Shown: positions 9,821-18,570 of the stretch, one piece after another | Layout of the letters: each line of letters begins with the position of its first letter | Numbering within the stretch: position 1 is the stretch's first letter | NCBI GenBank assembly: GCA_035489755.1 | Contig: DATGZK010000022.1 | Coordinates: 29,395 to 93,394, forward strand | Origin: Myxococcota bacterium | GTDB lineage: Bacteria; Myxococcota_A; UBA9160 | DNA length: 64,000 nt | Reading direction: 5' to 3' | The notes under the pieces: model-generated | The model's database searches: none | Told to the model about the DNA's origin: nothing | Seen by the model: the letters and a program-made list of their open reading frames with translations, nothing else | Program-made: the position numbers and the translations under genes

Positions 9821-10987
9821 CTCGAAGCCAAGGCCGCAAGCGGGCGGCAGCGAGATTCGGAAGATCTGGCCCGTCGAATCGACAATGTAGAGCTCGCCGT
9901 ACCCGTCCTCAGAAATCGCCACGATGTTTTGGATGGTCGTCCCATCGAGCGATGTCTTCAGTTCCGCCGTGCGTTCCAGCGTCTCTCCCGTCATCGGGTT
10001 GTAGGTCCAGACACGCGCTTTGCAATAATCGCCATAGAAGTAGAGATTGTTTTCGTCGGCAAGGATGCCGTGATACACCGCGCCGCCCATGATGGCGCAG
10101 CCGAATGCATCGCCAGGTCCATGGTCGTATACGAGCACCGGCGGCGTCAGGGCCGGCGAGTTGCACGCGGGCGCCGGCGGCGGGGCGGCGATGTTGCAGC
10201 GTGTTCCTTCCATGATGCGCCAGCCGTAGTTGTGGAAGGTCGAGTCACTAGAGCGCTGGAAGTCCACCTCCTCTTCTGTGTCCTGCCCCACATCGCCGAT
10301 CCAGAGATCGCCGCTCTTGCGGTCGAAGCTAAATCGATACGGATTGCGCAAACCCTTGGCCCACACGGTCGGCGTCGCAGGAAGGGCGCCCGACACGTCC
10401 ATGCGCAGCATCTTCCCGTACAGCGTGTCGTCCCGCTGTCCGCTGTTCAGTGGGTCGTTCTCTCCGCCGCCGTCGCCGAGCCCGAGGTAGAGGAAGCCAT
10501 CGGGTCCGAATGCCACTGTCCCGCCTTTGTGGTTGTCATACCCGGTATACGGCACGGTAAGTACGACGGTGCCGCTGGCAGGGTCCGCCACATCTGGGTT
10601 CGCCGCGCTCACCCGGTAGCGAGCCACAACGCTATCGCCCGTGGCGTTCGTGTAGTAGATGTAGAAAAAGCCAGACGTCGTGTAGTCGGGCGCGAAGGCG
10701 AGACCGAGGAGGCCGCGCTCTCCCGGCGTCGGAAGCGGCGAGATGTCGAGAAACGGTGTCGGCAACACGGCGCCGTTCTTCATGATCTCGACAATGCCCG
10801 CGCGCTCCAGGATGAAGAGGCGCGGATCGCCCCTTGGAGCCGTGACGTAGACAGGAAAGGAAAGACCGGATGCAACGCGGACCGATGACATTTCGGCCGC
10901 GTGTCCGTTCGCAGCGACCGAGAGCAGGCCGACGACGGCGAACGTGTACGCCATAAGGAAGTGAACGATGCTGCGCAGCTGCGCCAC
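9758..10987 (-). CDS. PQQ-dependent sugar dehydrogenase (YliI/sorbosone dehydrogenase-like) with C-terminal sorting tag
   Basis: Beta-propeller strings GERGLLGLAFAPDY, HKGGTVAFGPDGFLYLGLGDGG and GLRNPYRFSFD. Signal peptide follows the GTG at 10987 (GAGG upstream); the track start 11137 would add an Arg-rich extension. The tail is PPACGLGFELAPILLPLLWLRRRR. Confidence 0.85.
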   Translation of the reverse strand: MAQLRSIVHFLMAYTFAVVGLLSVAANGHAAEMSSVRVASGLSFPVYVTAPRGDPRLFILERAGIVEIMKNGAVLPTPFLDISPLPTPGERGLLGLAFAPDYTTSGFFYIYYTNATGDSVVARYRVSAANPDVADPASGTVVLTVPYTGYDNHKGGTVAFGPDGFLYLGLGDGGGENDPLNSGQRDDTLYGKMLRMDVSGALPATPTVWAKGLRNPYRFSFDRKSGDLWIGDVGQDTEEEVDFQRSSDSTFHNYGWRIMEGTRCNIAAPPPAPACNSPALTPPVLVYDHGPGDAFGCAIMGGAVYHGILADENNLYFYGDYCKARVWTYNPMTGETLERTAELKTSLDGTTIQNIVAISEDGYGELYIVDSTGQIFRISLPPACGLGFELAPILLPLLWLRRRRMRKPA

Positions 10988-11122
10988 CTTACACACCTCA
11001 CGACGGCGGCGGTACGAAACCTTCCCTGGAGAACGCGGGACCTGCGGCACTGTCCACCAACGGCCACGAGGTTGTCTGTGACCCAAGTCACGCCCCAGAG
11101 GGCAGGGTCGGCGCCCGGAGGG

Positions 11123-11169
11123 CGCTCGGCGGAGCACGATTCGAGCTCAGCGTTCGCGACCCTTCCACT
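11123..11169. repeat. 47-bp direct repeat, copy 2 (overlaps the stop codon of the adenosyltransferase gene)
   Basis: cgctcggcggagcacgattcgagctcagcgttcgcgacccttccact. On the minus strand it encodes ...WKGRER-TGA of the gene ending at 11147. Confidence 0.9.
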
Positions 11170-11704
11170 CCACTTCGGGTAGACCCGCGCGGCGGTTTTC
11201 AACACGCGCCATCACAAACAAGAGGTCTGACAAGCGGTTCAGGTAACGCAGGGCCGCCTCGTCGAGGGGGTCGGCGTGATGCAGGGCGACCACCCGCCGT
11301 TCGGCACGACGACACACGGTGCGCGCAAGATGGAAGGCAGCGGCCGAACGCGTACCGCCGGGCAGGATGAATCGGCGCAGCGGTGCAAGCTCGGTTTCGA
11401 AGGCATCGATGCGCGCTTCGAGTTCGGCGACGTCGGCATCCGCGGGCTCGGGAATGCGACTTGCCTTGCGACGCGTGGGATCGGGAGATGCGAGGTAGGA
11501 GCCGAGCTCGAACAAGGTCGACTGGATCGACTGGGTGAGGGCCCGCACGTCGCCTTGCTCCGTCGCTGCAGCACACGCGCCGAGGACGGAGTTGAGCTCG
11601 TCCACCGCACCGTAGGCATCCACCCGAATGTGATCCTTTGCAACGCGCGGTCCGCCGAAGAGGTCCGTCTCGCCGAGATCGCCGCGCTTGGTGTAGATCG
11701 CCAC
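11147..11704 (-). CDS. PduO-type ATP:cob(I)alamin adenosyltransferase
   Basis: IYTKRGDLGETDLFGG...DAYGAVDELNSVLG is typical of PduO/MMAB-type ATR. Start set at GTG 11704 (VAIYTKRGD); the track start 11773 is also possible. Confidence 0.85.
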   Translation of the reverse strand: MAIYTKRGDLGETDLFGGPRVAKDHIRVDAYGAVDELNSVLGACAAATEQGDVRALTQSIQSTLFELGSYLASPDPTRRKASRIPEPADADVAELEARIDAFETELAPLRRFILPGGTRSAAAFHLARTVCRRAERRVVALHHADPLDEAALRYLNRLSDLLFVMARVENRRAGLPEVEWKGRER

Positions 11705-11728
11705 GGAGGCGAGTATAACGGCCGCACC

Positions 11729-13519
11729 ATGCAGGGCGTCTCTCTTCTCCGGACCGGTAGCTCTACACCCCAAGCCGCGCAGATTGAGGCGGGGCGTCTG
11801 CGCTTATGCCTGGATCCCGCAGCGCTCTGTCTCGACCTTCACGACGCGCAAAGTCCGCTCGCGCTGCCCGGGATTACGCCCCGGGTGGAAGCCTTGGCAC
11901 CGGACGGGAGCGCGCTTGCGGTCGGCCCCCAGCGCACGCTCTCCGTGGGCGAGCTCAAGGGTCGGGGCGGCCCGGCCCTCCGCCTCGAGGTACAAGCCCT
12001 TGGCCGGGGCTTTTTGGGCCTGCGCTGGACACTCGAGGTCGCGGGGACGGGCAACTACCTCGCCTGCACGCTGGCGGTAGAAAATCGGACCCGGCAGAGA
12101 ATTGTGCTTCGGACCCTCGCGCCGCTCGCGCGCGGGAGGCTCGCCTCCGGTGATCCACCTCGCGCTGCGGCGGGTTCGCCCCTCTTGCCCGTGCATGTCC
12201 TGCGCGGCCAAGGAGCCGCGCTACTCGCGCTCGGCTTTACGACGGAGCTGCGCTCCCGGGCGTGCTTGCGGCTCGAAAGCGCTCCTTCCGCCGAGTCTGC
12301 GTTCTCCCTCGAGAGCATGATCGCAGCTCGCACCCTCGATCCGGGTGAGGGCGCCGAGTCCGAGCGTGCGTGGCTCGCGCTCGGAGCCGAGGACGCTTCG
12401 CTCTTGGTGGAGTGGGCGCGCCTTGCGGGGCTCGAGATGGACGCACGTGCACCGGGGCGTTCGCTCGTCGTGACCGAGGCGCCGCGGCAGGCCCTCCCCG
12501 AGCTGGCGGAGGAGCTGCTGCGGCTCGGCGACCTCGTGGTGGTCGAGCCCCTCGAAGCGGGGGGTGAGAAGAAGAGCGACCCCCCTGCTCTCGAGCAGTT
12601 CGCGAGCGAAGCGTGTGCTAGCGGCGCGATGGCCGGCGCGACGCTCAGGGGCGGCGCCGGGACACCCCGGGCGCAACTCGCAGCGGAATGCGCCGCGCTT
12701 CGCGCGCTTGGAGTGGAGCATGTGGCGGGCCGCGCAGAAGAGACGACTCTTGGAAGCGTCGGTCTCATCGACACCCTCCGCCTCCCGGACGCTCCCGCAC
12801 CGGAGGGAGTGCGCCGCGTCCTCGATCTCGCCTTCAGCGGACAGCGTCTTTGGCGCCTCGATCCGGGCCCCGCCCTTGCGCCGAGCCGGCTCCTGCCGTC
12901 GGAGGAGGAGAGAACGCGGTTTTGCGTCTTCGCGCTCTGCGGCGGTGCGCTGCGCATTGTCGGAGATCCTCGCCGCCTCGACGCGGTGCGCGCGCACTGG
13001 CTAAGGCTCGCGACTCCCGGCCTTGCCCGAGAAGCCGTCGCCGTCCCGATCCCTGGCGGACGCGCTCTTGTGGTGTCTCTCATCGGGGGTCGACGGGCGG
13101 CCCTACTGGTGAACGAATCCGAGACGACGAGATCGCTCGGGGCCCCGTTTCACACCCTCGGTATCGCGGGCGCCCACCACGTGTTCGAGTTCTGGCAAGA
13201 GCGGGCGCTCGGCCTAGCGCGGGAAGCGGTCGCGCCGGCACCCGTCGAGGCCGGGGGTTCTCGCCTGCTCGCACTAACGCCCGTCGCCCCTCGGCCACAG
13301 GTCCTCGCAACGTCGCTCCACCTCGGGATGGGCTGCCTCGAGGCGAGCGGCCTTCGGGCCCGGGAGGACGGGAGGCTTGAGCTCTCGCTCCGACTCCCCG
13401 GTCGGCGCAGCGGTGGGGTCTGGATCGCCCTCCCCGGCGAAGCGGGCATCCGACGCATCGAGGTGTCGTTCGAGGACACGCTCTCTCTCGTGCTGCCGCA
13501 CGAGGAGAGCCCGAGCTAG
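11729..13519 (+). CDS. hypothetical protein with GH27/GH36-like C-terminal beta-sandwich
   Basis: Track ORF 11276..13519 trimmed to the ATG at 11729, just outside the ATR gene as annotated here. C-terminal HHVFEFWQERALG...VEAGGSRLLALTPV resembles the alpha-galactosidase C-domain. I could not find catalytic barrel motifs. Confidence 0.5.
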   Translation: MQGVSLLRTGSSTPQAAQIEAGRLRLCLDPAALCLDLHDAQSPLALPGITPRVEALAPDGSALAVGPQRTLSVGELKGRGGPALRLEVQALGRGFLGLRWTLEVAGTGNYLACTLAVENRTRQRIVLRTLAPLARGRLASGDPPRAAAGSPLLPVHVLRGQGAALLALGFTTELRSRACLRLESAPSAESAFSLESMIAARTLDPGEGAESERAWLALGAEDASLLVEWARLAGLEMDARAPGRSLVVTEAPRQALPELAEELLRLGDLVVVEPLEAGGEKKSDPPALEQFASEACASGAMAGATLRGGAGTPRAQLAAECAALRALGVEHVAGRAEETTLGSVGLIDTLRLPDAPAPEGVRRVLDLAFSGQRLWRLDPGPALAPSRLLPSEEERTRFCVFALCGGALRIVGDPRRLDAVRAHWLRLATPGLAREAVAVPIPGGRALVVSLIGGRRAALLVNESETTRSLGAPFHTLGIAGAHHVFEFWQERALGLAREAVAPAPVEAGGSRLLALTPVAPRPQVLATSLHLGMGCLEASGLRAREDGRLELSLRLPGRRSGGVWIALPGEAGIRRIEVSFEDTLSLVLPHEESPS

Positions 13520-13989
13520 CGATCGGGATCGCTCTCGCGGAGCTCGGCCTCGAGGCGCCGCTCGAGCTCGGGATCCACGGGTCGCAGGCCGCCCGAGGCA
13601 GAAGAGGCCACGGCCGACTTTTGAGTCTGGCGGCGCAGGAAGTAGACGAGGAGGAGTCCGCCGGAGAGGAAGAGGACGACCGGGATCACGTAGGCCGCGA
13701 GGCCGAAGCCGCCGGCACGCGGCGACTGCAGAATCACGTCGCCAAACTGCGTATAGAGCTCCGCCTCGACGTCGCTGCGGGGGCGCCCGATCCGTTCCTG
13801 CTCGCGGATCCAGCGCTGGAGCTCAGCCGCCTGGGGACTCGGGCAGTCGGGAAGGGTTCGGCCAGGACAAAACGGGCTCATGAGCTGATGGGAGAGCTCA
13901 TAGGCCCAGCCCGTCGGGTTCTCGCGGCCACACGCAGCGGCGAAGAGAAGCGCCCCAGCGAGAAAGCCGGCTGCAAGAGCGCGCCTCAC
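13516..13989 (-). CDS. ccmH: CcmH/NrfF-family cytochrome c maturation protein
   Basis: 157 aa. Signal/lipobox RRALAAGFLAGALLFAAAC, thiol motif SPFCPGRTLPDCPS and a C-terminal TM helix. GTG at 13989 overlaps the mrp stop (GTGA). Confidence 0.65.
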   Translation of the reverse strand: MRRALAAGFLAGALLFAAACGRENPTGWAYELSHQLMSPFCPGRTLPDCPSPQAAELQRWIREQERIGRPRSDVEAELYTQFGDVILQSPRAGGFGLAAYVIPVVLFLSGGLLLVYFLRRQTQKSAVASSASGGLRPVDPELERRLEAELRESDPDR

Positions 13990-14882
13990 GCCGATGCCTC
14001 GACCGGGGGAGCGAGCAGCTCCGCCACGCGCGTCGCAAGCTCTGCGAAGGTGCGCGCGGCTTGCGACGGGCGTCCTGGGTGATTCACGAAAGGACGGCCG
14101 GCGTCCGCGGCCGCCGCGAGGGCGGGATCGAACGGGATCCGGGCAAGCACCGGCACGTCGAGCTCGCGTGCCATGCGCTCGACCGGCGCCTCGCGGAAAA
14201 GCGAGCTCTCGCGACCGCAGGCCCCGCAGACCGCGGTTCCCATGTTCTCGATGAGGCCGAGCATGGGAATGCGCGCTTCGTGAGCCCGACGAATCGAGCG
14301 CTCGACGGCGAGGAGGGAGACCTCCGTCGGGATGGTCACCGCGAGCGCGCCCGCGAGCTCGGAGTAGAGCCGGCAAAAGCTCGGCAGACGGTCCGCGCCC
14401 GGCGCAAGGTCAATCACCAAGAACTCGAGCTCGCCCCACAGGGTTCCGCCGAGGAGATCCGCAAGCGCCATCTCTTCCATCACACTGCGAAGCGGCGCGT
14501 GCTCACCCGTCGCACCGTCGAAGGCCAGGGGCTCCGTACCCTGCAGGAAAAAGTCCATGCTTTGCACACGCAGCTCGAGCGGGCCGGGCGCAGGAAGGAG
14601 GCCCGAAGCGCCCACGCGCACGGGCTGTCCCCGCAGTCCCAGCATCTTCGCGACCGAGGGGCCGTTGAGGTCGGCGTCGAGGAGGCCGACTCGCGCTCCG
14701 CGCTGCGCAAGAGCTAAGGCGAGATTCACGGCAACCGCGCTCTTGCCGACGCCCCCCTTGCCACTCATCACGGCGAAGGTTGCCCGGACTTTGGCGAGGC
14801 GCTCGCGGATCCCTGCGCGCACCGATTCAACATCTTCGAGGGGCGGCAGTCCTCCTTCTGTGGGAGCCGCCCCAGGCGGCAT
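13986..14882 (-). CDS. Mrp/NBP35/ApbC-family Fe-S cluster carrier ATPase
   Basis: Deviant Walker A SGKGGVGKS, followed by LDADLNGPS and a CGACG Cys motif. ATG at 14882 overlaps the cysE stop (TAATG). Confidence 0.88.
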   Translation of the reverse strand: MPPGAAPTEGGLPPLEDVESVRAGIRERLAKVRATFAVMSGKGGVGKSAVAVNLALALAQRGARVGLLDADLNGPSVAKMLGLRGQPVRVGASGLLPAPGPLELRVQSMDFFLQGTEPLAFDGATGEHAPLRSVMEEMALADLLGGTLWGELEFLVIDLAPGADRLPSFCRLYSELAGALAVTIPTEVSLLAVERSIRRAHEARIPMLGLIENMGTAVCGACGRESSLFREAPVERMARELDVPVLARIPFDPALAAAADAGRPFVNHPGRPSQAARTFAELATRVAELLAPPVEASA

Positions 14883-15763
14883 TAGATATCCCAGTGGAGC
14901 TGCCGGTCTGGAGATTCGGTCGATTCGCACCCCTCGCGCGTCCCCACAAGCTGGGCGGGCGGCTCGATCTGCACCTTCGAGCAGGCAGGCACCGAGGCCG
15001 TGAGCCAGACGTTGCCGCCGATCACGCTCCCTTTCCCGATCACGGTGTCCCCACCGAGGATCTTCGCACCGGCATAGATCACAACGTCGTCCTCGATGGT
15101 GGGGTGGCGCTTTTGGCCGCGGATGGTTCTGCTCTGGACCGCGAGCGCGCCAAGGGTAACGCCCTGATACAAGCGGACTCTGTCTCCAATGACGCAGGTC
15201 TCGCCGATCACGACCCCGGTCCCGTGGTCGACGAAAAAGCGCCGGCCGATGCGGGCTCCGGGATGGATGTCGATTCCCGTCCGTCCGTGCGCGTGCTCGG
15301 TCATCATGCGAGGCACCAAGGGAACGCCGAGACGCTGGAGCTCGTGGGCAAGGCGGTACACGGCAATGGCGTCGAGACCCGGGTAGGAGACCAGGATCTC
15401 GGCGTAGCTCGTCGCCGCGGGGTCCCCGTCGAACGCAGCCTCCACGTCCTCGGCCAAGAGCTGGCGCACGAAGGGAAGCCGGCGCAGGAAGCGCGCCGCG
15501 ATCGACTCCGCAGTCTCCCCTTCCGGTAGGTTCAAGGTGCGCAGAATGCGCATGAGCCTTTCGGCGAGGTTCGAAATCTCCGCACGCAAGGCCGAGCGGT
15601 CACGCACATAGAAGACGATGCTCTTTGCGCGTTCGGTCCAAGCGGTGACCTCTGCGCGCTCGGGAAAGCCTTCGGCAAGGGCTTTGCTGAGGGCGTCCGC
15701 TCCGGACGCAGAGAGCGCCGCGATCGTGGACTCAAGAGCCTCCTCGGGTCGCTCGGGCTTCAT
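14882..15763 (-). CDS. cysE: serine O-acetyltransferase
   Basis: Hexapeptide left-handed helix region [43 protein letters not shown]. Track ORF trimmed to the ATG at 15763, which has a GGAGGA RBS. Confidence 0.88.
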   Translation of the reverse strand: MKPERPEEALESTIAALSASGADALSKALAEGFPERAEVTAWTERAKSIVFYVRDRSALRAEISNLAERLMRILRTLNLPEGETAESIAARFLRRLPFVRQLLAEDVEAAFDGDPAATSYAEILVSYPGLDAIAVYRLAHELQRLGVPLVPRMMTEHAHGRTGIDIHPGARIGRRFFVDHGTGVVIGETCVIGDRVRLYQGVTLGALAVQSRTIRGQKRHPTIEDDVVIYAGAKILGGDTVIGKGSVIGGNVWLTASVPACSKVQIEPPAQLVGTREGCESTESPDRQLHWDI

Positions 15764-15858
15764 GGCAGGGTCCTCCGTCCGCTCCCCCACGACAGCCCGC
15801 AAAGGATAGCGCGGGGGCGCCTTGGCCCCACGCAGCTGCGTGATAGCGTCCTTCGGGC

Positions 15859-16341
15859 ATGCGGCGCTCCGAATACAGCGCGGGCGGCGTCGTGCTGCGC
15901 CGCGTCGAGGGGGGCCTTGAGGTGGCGCTCGCCGAGCGCACCGACCGCAACACGGCCGAGCGTTCGGTTTGTCTGCCGAAGGGGCTCGTCGATGCCGGAG
16001 AGTCCGCGGAGGAGGCGGCGGTGCGGGAGGTCGCGGAGGAGACCGGACTTCGTGCGCGAATCCTCGAGCCGCTGCCCGAGGTGCGATATCGCTATGTGTC
16101 GCCGGTGGACGGCGCCCTCGTGGCAAAGCGCGTGCAATTCTTCGCCATGGCCTGGGAAGCCGGCGAGGCGCATCCCGCCGACGGCGAGATGGACCACGTC
16201 TTTTGGTGCGCCCTCGAAGGGGCGCCAGCGCGGCTTCGCTACGAAGGCGAGCGGCAAGCGGTGGAACATGTCCGCAGGCGCGCGTCGGCCCTCTCGCAGG
16301 GGCTGGCACCGGTTATAATCGACCCGCGACCCCCCGCCTGA
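15859..16341 (+). CDS. NUDIX hydrolase
   Basis: Complete Nudix box [23 protein letters not shown] (Gx5Ex7REVxEExG). Confidence 0.88.
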   Translation: MRRSEYSAGGVVLRRVEGGLEVALAERTDRNTAERSVCLPKGLVDAGESAEEAAVREVAEETGLRARILEPLPEVRYRYVSPVDGALVAKRVQFFAMAWEAGEAHPADGEMDHVFWCALEGAPARLRYEGERQAVEHVRRRASALSQGLAPVIIDPRPPA

Positions 16342-16365
16342 ACTGATCCGAACGGGCCCCCCTCC

Positions 16366-17289
16366 ATGCCCGTTCCGCCGCCGGCCTTGCGCCGGGCCTG
16401 GAGCCGTGTGGCCTCCGTGTTCAGCCATTCCCGACTCTCGAGCTTCGAGAAGTGCCCGAAACAGTTCCATTTTCGCTACGTCCAGCGGCTTCCGCCGGAG
16501 AGCGAATCGGTCGAAGCCTTCCTCGGAAAGCGCGTGCATGAAGTGCTGGAGAAGCTCTACCTCGTGGTCGCCGAGGGGCGCGTACCCTCCCTCGATCAGG
16601 TGGTTCGGCGCTTCCAGGCCAACTGGGATGAGGCGTACGACGCCGAGCGCATCCGGATCGTGAGGAACGAGCTCGACTCCTCTTTCTACCGTGAAATCGG
16701 GGTGCGCTCGCTGCGCAATTTCTACCGGCGCTACTACCCCTTCGACGGTGAGGAAACGCTCGGGATCGAGGAGCGGGTGACGTTCGCCCTGGATGCGGCG
16801 GGGAGCTATCGGATGCAGGGGGTGATCGATCGCCTCGTGCGGACCCGCGACGGCACGATCGAGATCCATGATTACAAGACAGGCCAGCGGGTCCCGCCCC
16901 AGCGCGCACTGGACGCGGATCGTCAGCTTGGGCTCTATCAGCTCGGCCTCGCAGCGCGCCTTGAGGGCGCCCCGGAAGTCCGTTTGGTCTGGCACTACCT
17001 CGCCGTGGACCAGCTGCGGGTCTCGCGCCGCAGCGCACAGCAACTCGAGGCGCTGCGGGAGCACACGATCGGCCTCATCGACTCCATCCAAGGCGAGCAG
17101 CGCTTCGAGCCGCGCCCGGGACCGCTGTGCAGCTGGTGCGAATATCGCGAGCGTTGCCCAGCCTTTGCGGCCGAGGCGCCGGCGGATCCCCTCGCCGGGC
17201 ACACCCCCGTCGGTGCGCCGACGGGGCTCTCGCCCGCAGCGCTGCCGACTGCTGTGCCGCCGGCGCAGCTGTCGCTGTTCGGGCCCTAG
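16366..17289 (+). CDS. PD-(D/E)XK nuclease with Cas4/AddB-type 4-Cys cluster
   Basis: N-terminal Cys (FEKCPKQF). Nuclease core IDRL...EIHDYKTG. C-terminal CSWCEYRERC (Cx2Cx5C). Confidence 0.8.
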   Translation: MPVPPPALRRAWSRVASVFSHSRLSSFEKCPKQFHFRYVQRLPPESESVEAFLGKRVHEVLEKLYLVVAEGRVPSLDQVVRRFQANWDEAYDAERIRIVRNELDSSFYREIGVRSLRNFYRRYYPFDGEETLGIEERVTFALDAAGSYRMQGVIDRLVRTRDGTIEIHDYKTGQRVPPQRALDADRQLGLYQLGLAARLEGAPEVRLVWHYLAVDQLRVSRRSAQQLEALREHTIGLIDSIQGEQRFEPRPGPLCSWCEYRERCPAFAAEAPADPLAGHTPVGAPTGLSPAALPTAVPPAQLSLFGP

Positions 17290-17305
17290 CGCTAGCGTCG
17301 CCGCC

Positions 17306-18064
17306 ATGGGTCTGCGGGTCGAGCGTATCCCGACGCTGCGCGACAACTATACCTACCTACTTGTGTGTGAGGCGAGCGGCGAGGCTGCCGTCGTCGACGC
17401 GCCCGAGGCGGGCCCGGTCGTGCGGCGGGTCGAGGCGACGGGGGCGCACGTCACCAAGATCCTCTCCACGCACCATCACCCTGACCACAGCGCTGCCAAC
17501 CCCCAGCTGGCCAAGCAGTGGGGCGTTCCCGTCTACGGGCACGCCTCGGACGCAGGACGTTTGCCCGGGTTGACCGACGGTCTTGAGGAGGGGGACCGCG
17601 TGAGCGTCGGGCGTGAGATGGCCTCCGTGCTCCACATTCCCGCGCACACGCGCGGCCATATCGCCTACGTCTTCGAGGGAGCCGGGGCTCTTTTCTGTGG
17701 AGACACACTCTTCGCGGCGGGCTGCGGGCGCCTCTTCGAGGGGACGCCCGAGATGATGTTTCGCGCCCTCCACGAGAAGCTGGGACGCTTGCCCGGAGCC
17801 ATGCGCGTCTACTGTGGACACGAATACACCGAGAGCAATCTGCGCTTCGCCGCACACGTGGATGCCGGAAATCTCGCCGTGCAGGAAAAGCTCGAGCGGG
17901 TTCGCGCCATCCGCGCGCGGCGGGCCGCCGACTGGCACGACGCGGGCGAAGCGGAGATGACGGTGCCGTCGACGCTGGCCGAAGAGCACGCGACAAACCC
18001 GTTCTTGCGCGCGCGCGACGCGGCCGAGCTCGGCCGGCTTCGGGCGCAGAAGGATGTGTTTTAG
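17306..18064 (+). CDS. gloB: hydroxyacylglutathione hydrolase (glyoxalase II)
   Basis: MGLRVERIPTLRDNYTYLL, THHHPDHS, and C-terminal NPFLRA, as in GloB. Confidence 0.88.
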   Translation: MGLRVERIPTLRDNYTYLLVCEASGEAAVVDAPEAGPVVRRVEATGAHVTKILSTHHHPDHSAANPQLAKQWGVPVYGHASDAGRLPGLTDGLEEGDRVSVGREMASVLHIPAHTRGHIAYVFEGAGALFCGDTLFAAGCGRLFEGTPEMMFRALHEKLGRLPGAMRVYCGHEYTESNLRFAAHVDAGNLAVQEKLERVRAIRARRAADWHDAGEAEMTVPSTLAEEHATNPFLRARDAAELGRLRAQKDVF

Positions 18065-18570
18065 GCCCGGCCCGGGCGTCCGAAGATCCCACGCATTCGG
18101 CGCAGCGCGTCCCGAAATCGATCCTTCACGACCGTCTCGGCCCAGGTGGTGATGCGGTGGATCGCGACGAGGGCATCGCCTTGGCCGGGCCAGTGCGAGC
18201 GCACGACGTCGGGATGCACGTCGTGCAAAAGCCGCGAGAGCGTCGCCGCGACCACGAACAGGTCGTCGACCAAACCAATCGGTCCGAGCAGAACCTCAGG
18301 CAGCAGGTCGATCGGCGAGAGCACATATCCCACACCGAAGAGCGCGACGGCCTTCGCACGAATCGGCACCCGATCGTCACGCATGAGACGGGTGAGCAGG
18401 ACGACGGTGTCGGGCAGGAAGAGCAGGAGGTCGCCAAAGCCCGAGTTCGAGCGTACTCGCGGCGCGATCACGACGGCGCGCAGGCGGTCATAGAGCCTGC
18501 GCTCGCGCGGATTGAGCTCGATCACGATGGGCTCTTCGTCGCGCCGCTCTCGCATATCCGACGGCCTCAC
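18061..18570 (-). CDS. DUF1232 (YkvA-like) membrane protein
   Basis: FGVGYVLSPIDLLPEVLLGPIGLVDDLFVVA is the DUF1232 signature. Confidence 0.75.
   Translation of the reverse strand: MRPSDMRERRDEEPIVIELNPRERRLYDRLRAVVIAPRVRSNSGFGDLLLFLPDTVVLLTRLMRDDRVPIRAKAVALFGVGYVLSPIDLLPEVLLGPIGLVDDLFVVAATLSRLLHDVHPDVVRSHWPGQGDALVAIHRITTWAETVVKDRFRDALRRMRGIFGRPGRA

Noticed and set aside
9638-11169. Integron-like cassette (attC) interpretation of the repeat-bracketed single gene.
   Set aside because: There is no GTTRRRY / RYYYAAC core pair and no extended imperfect inverted-repeat structure. There is no intI gene and no further cassettes in the window.
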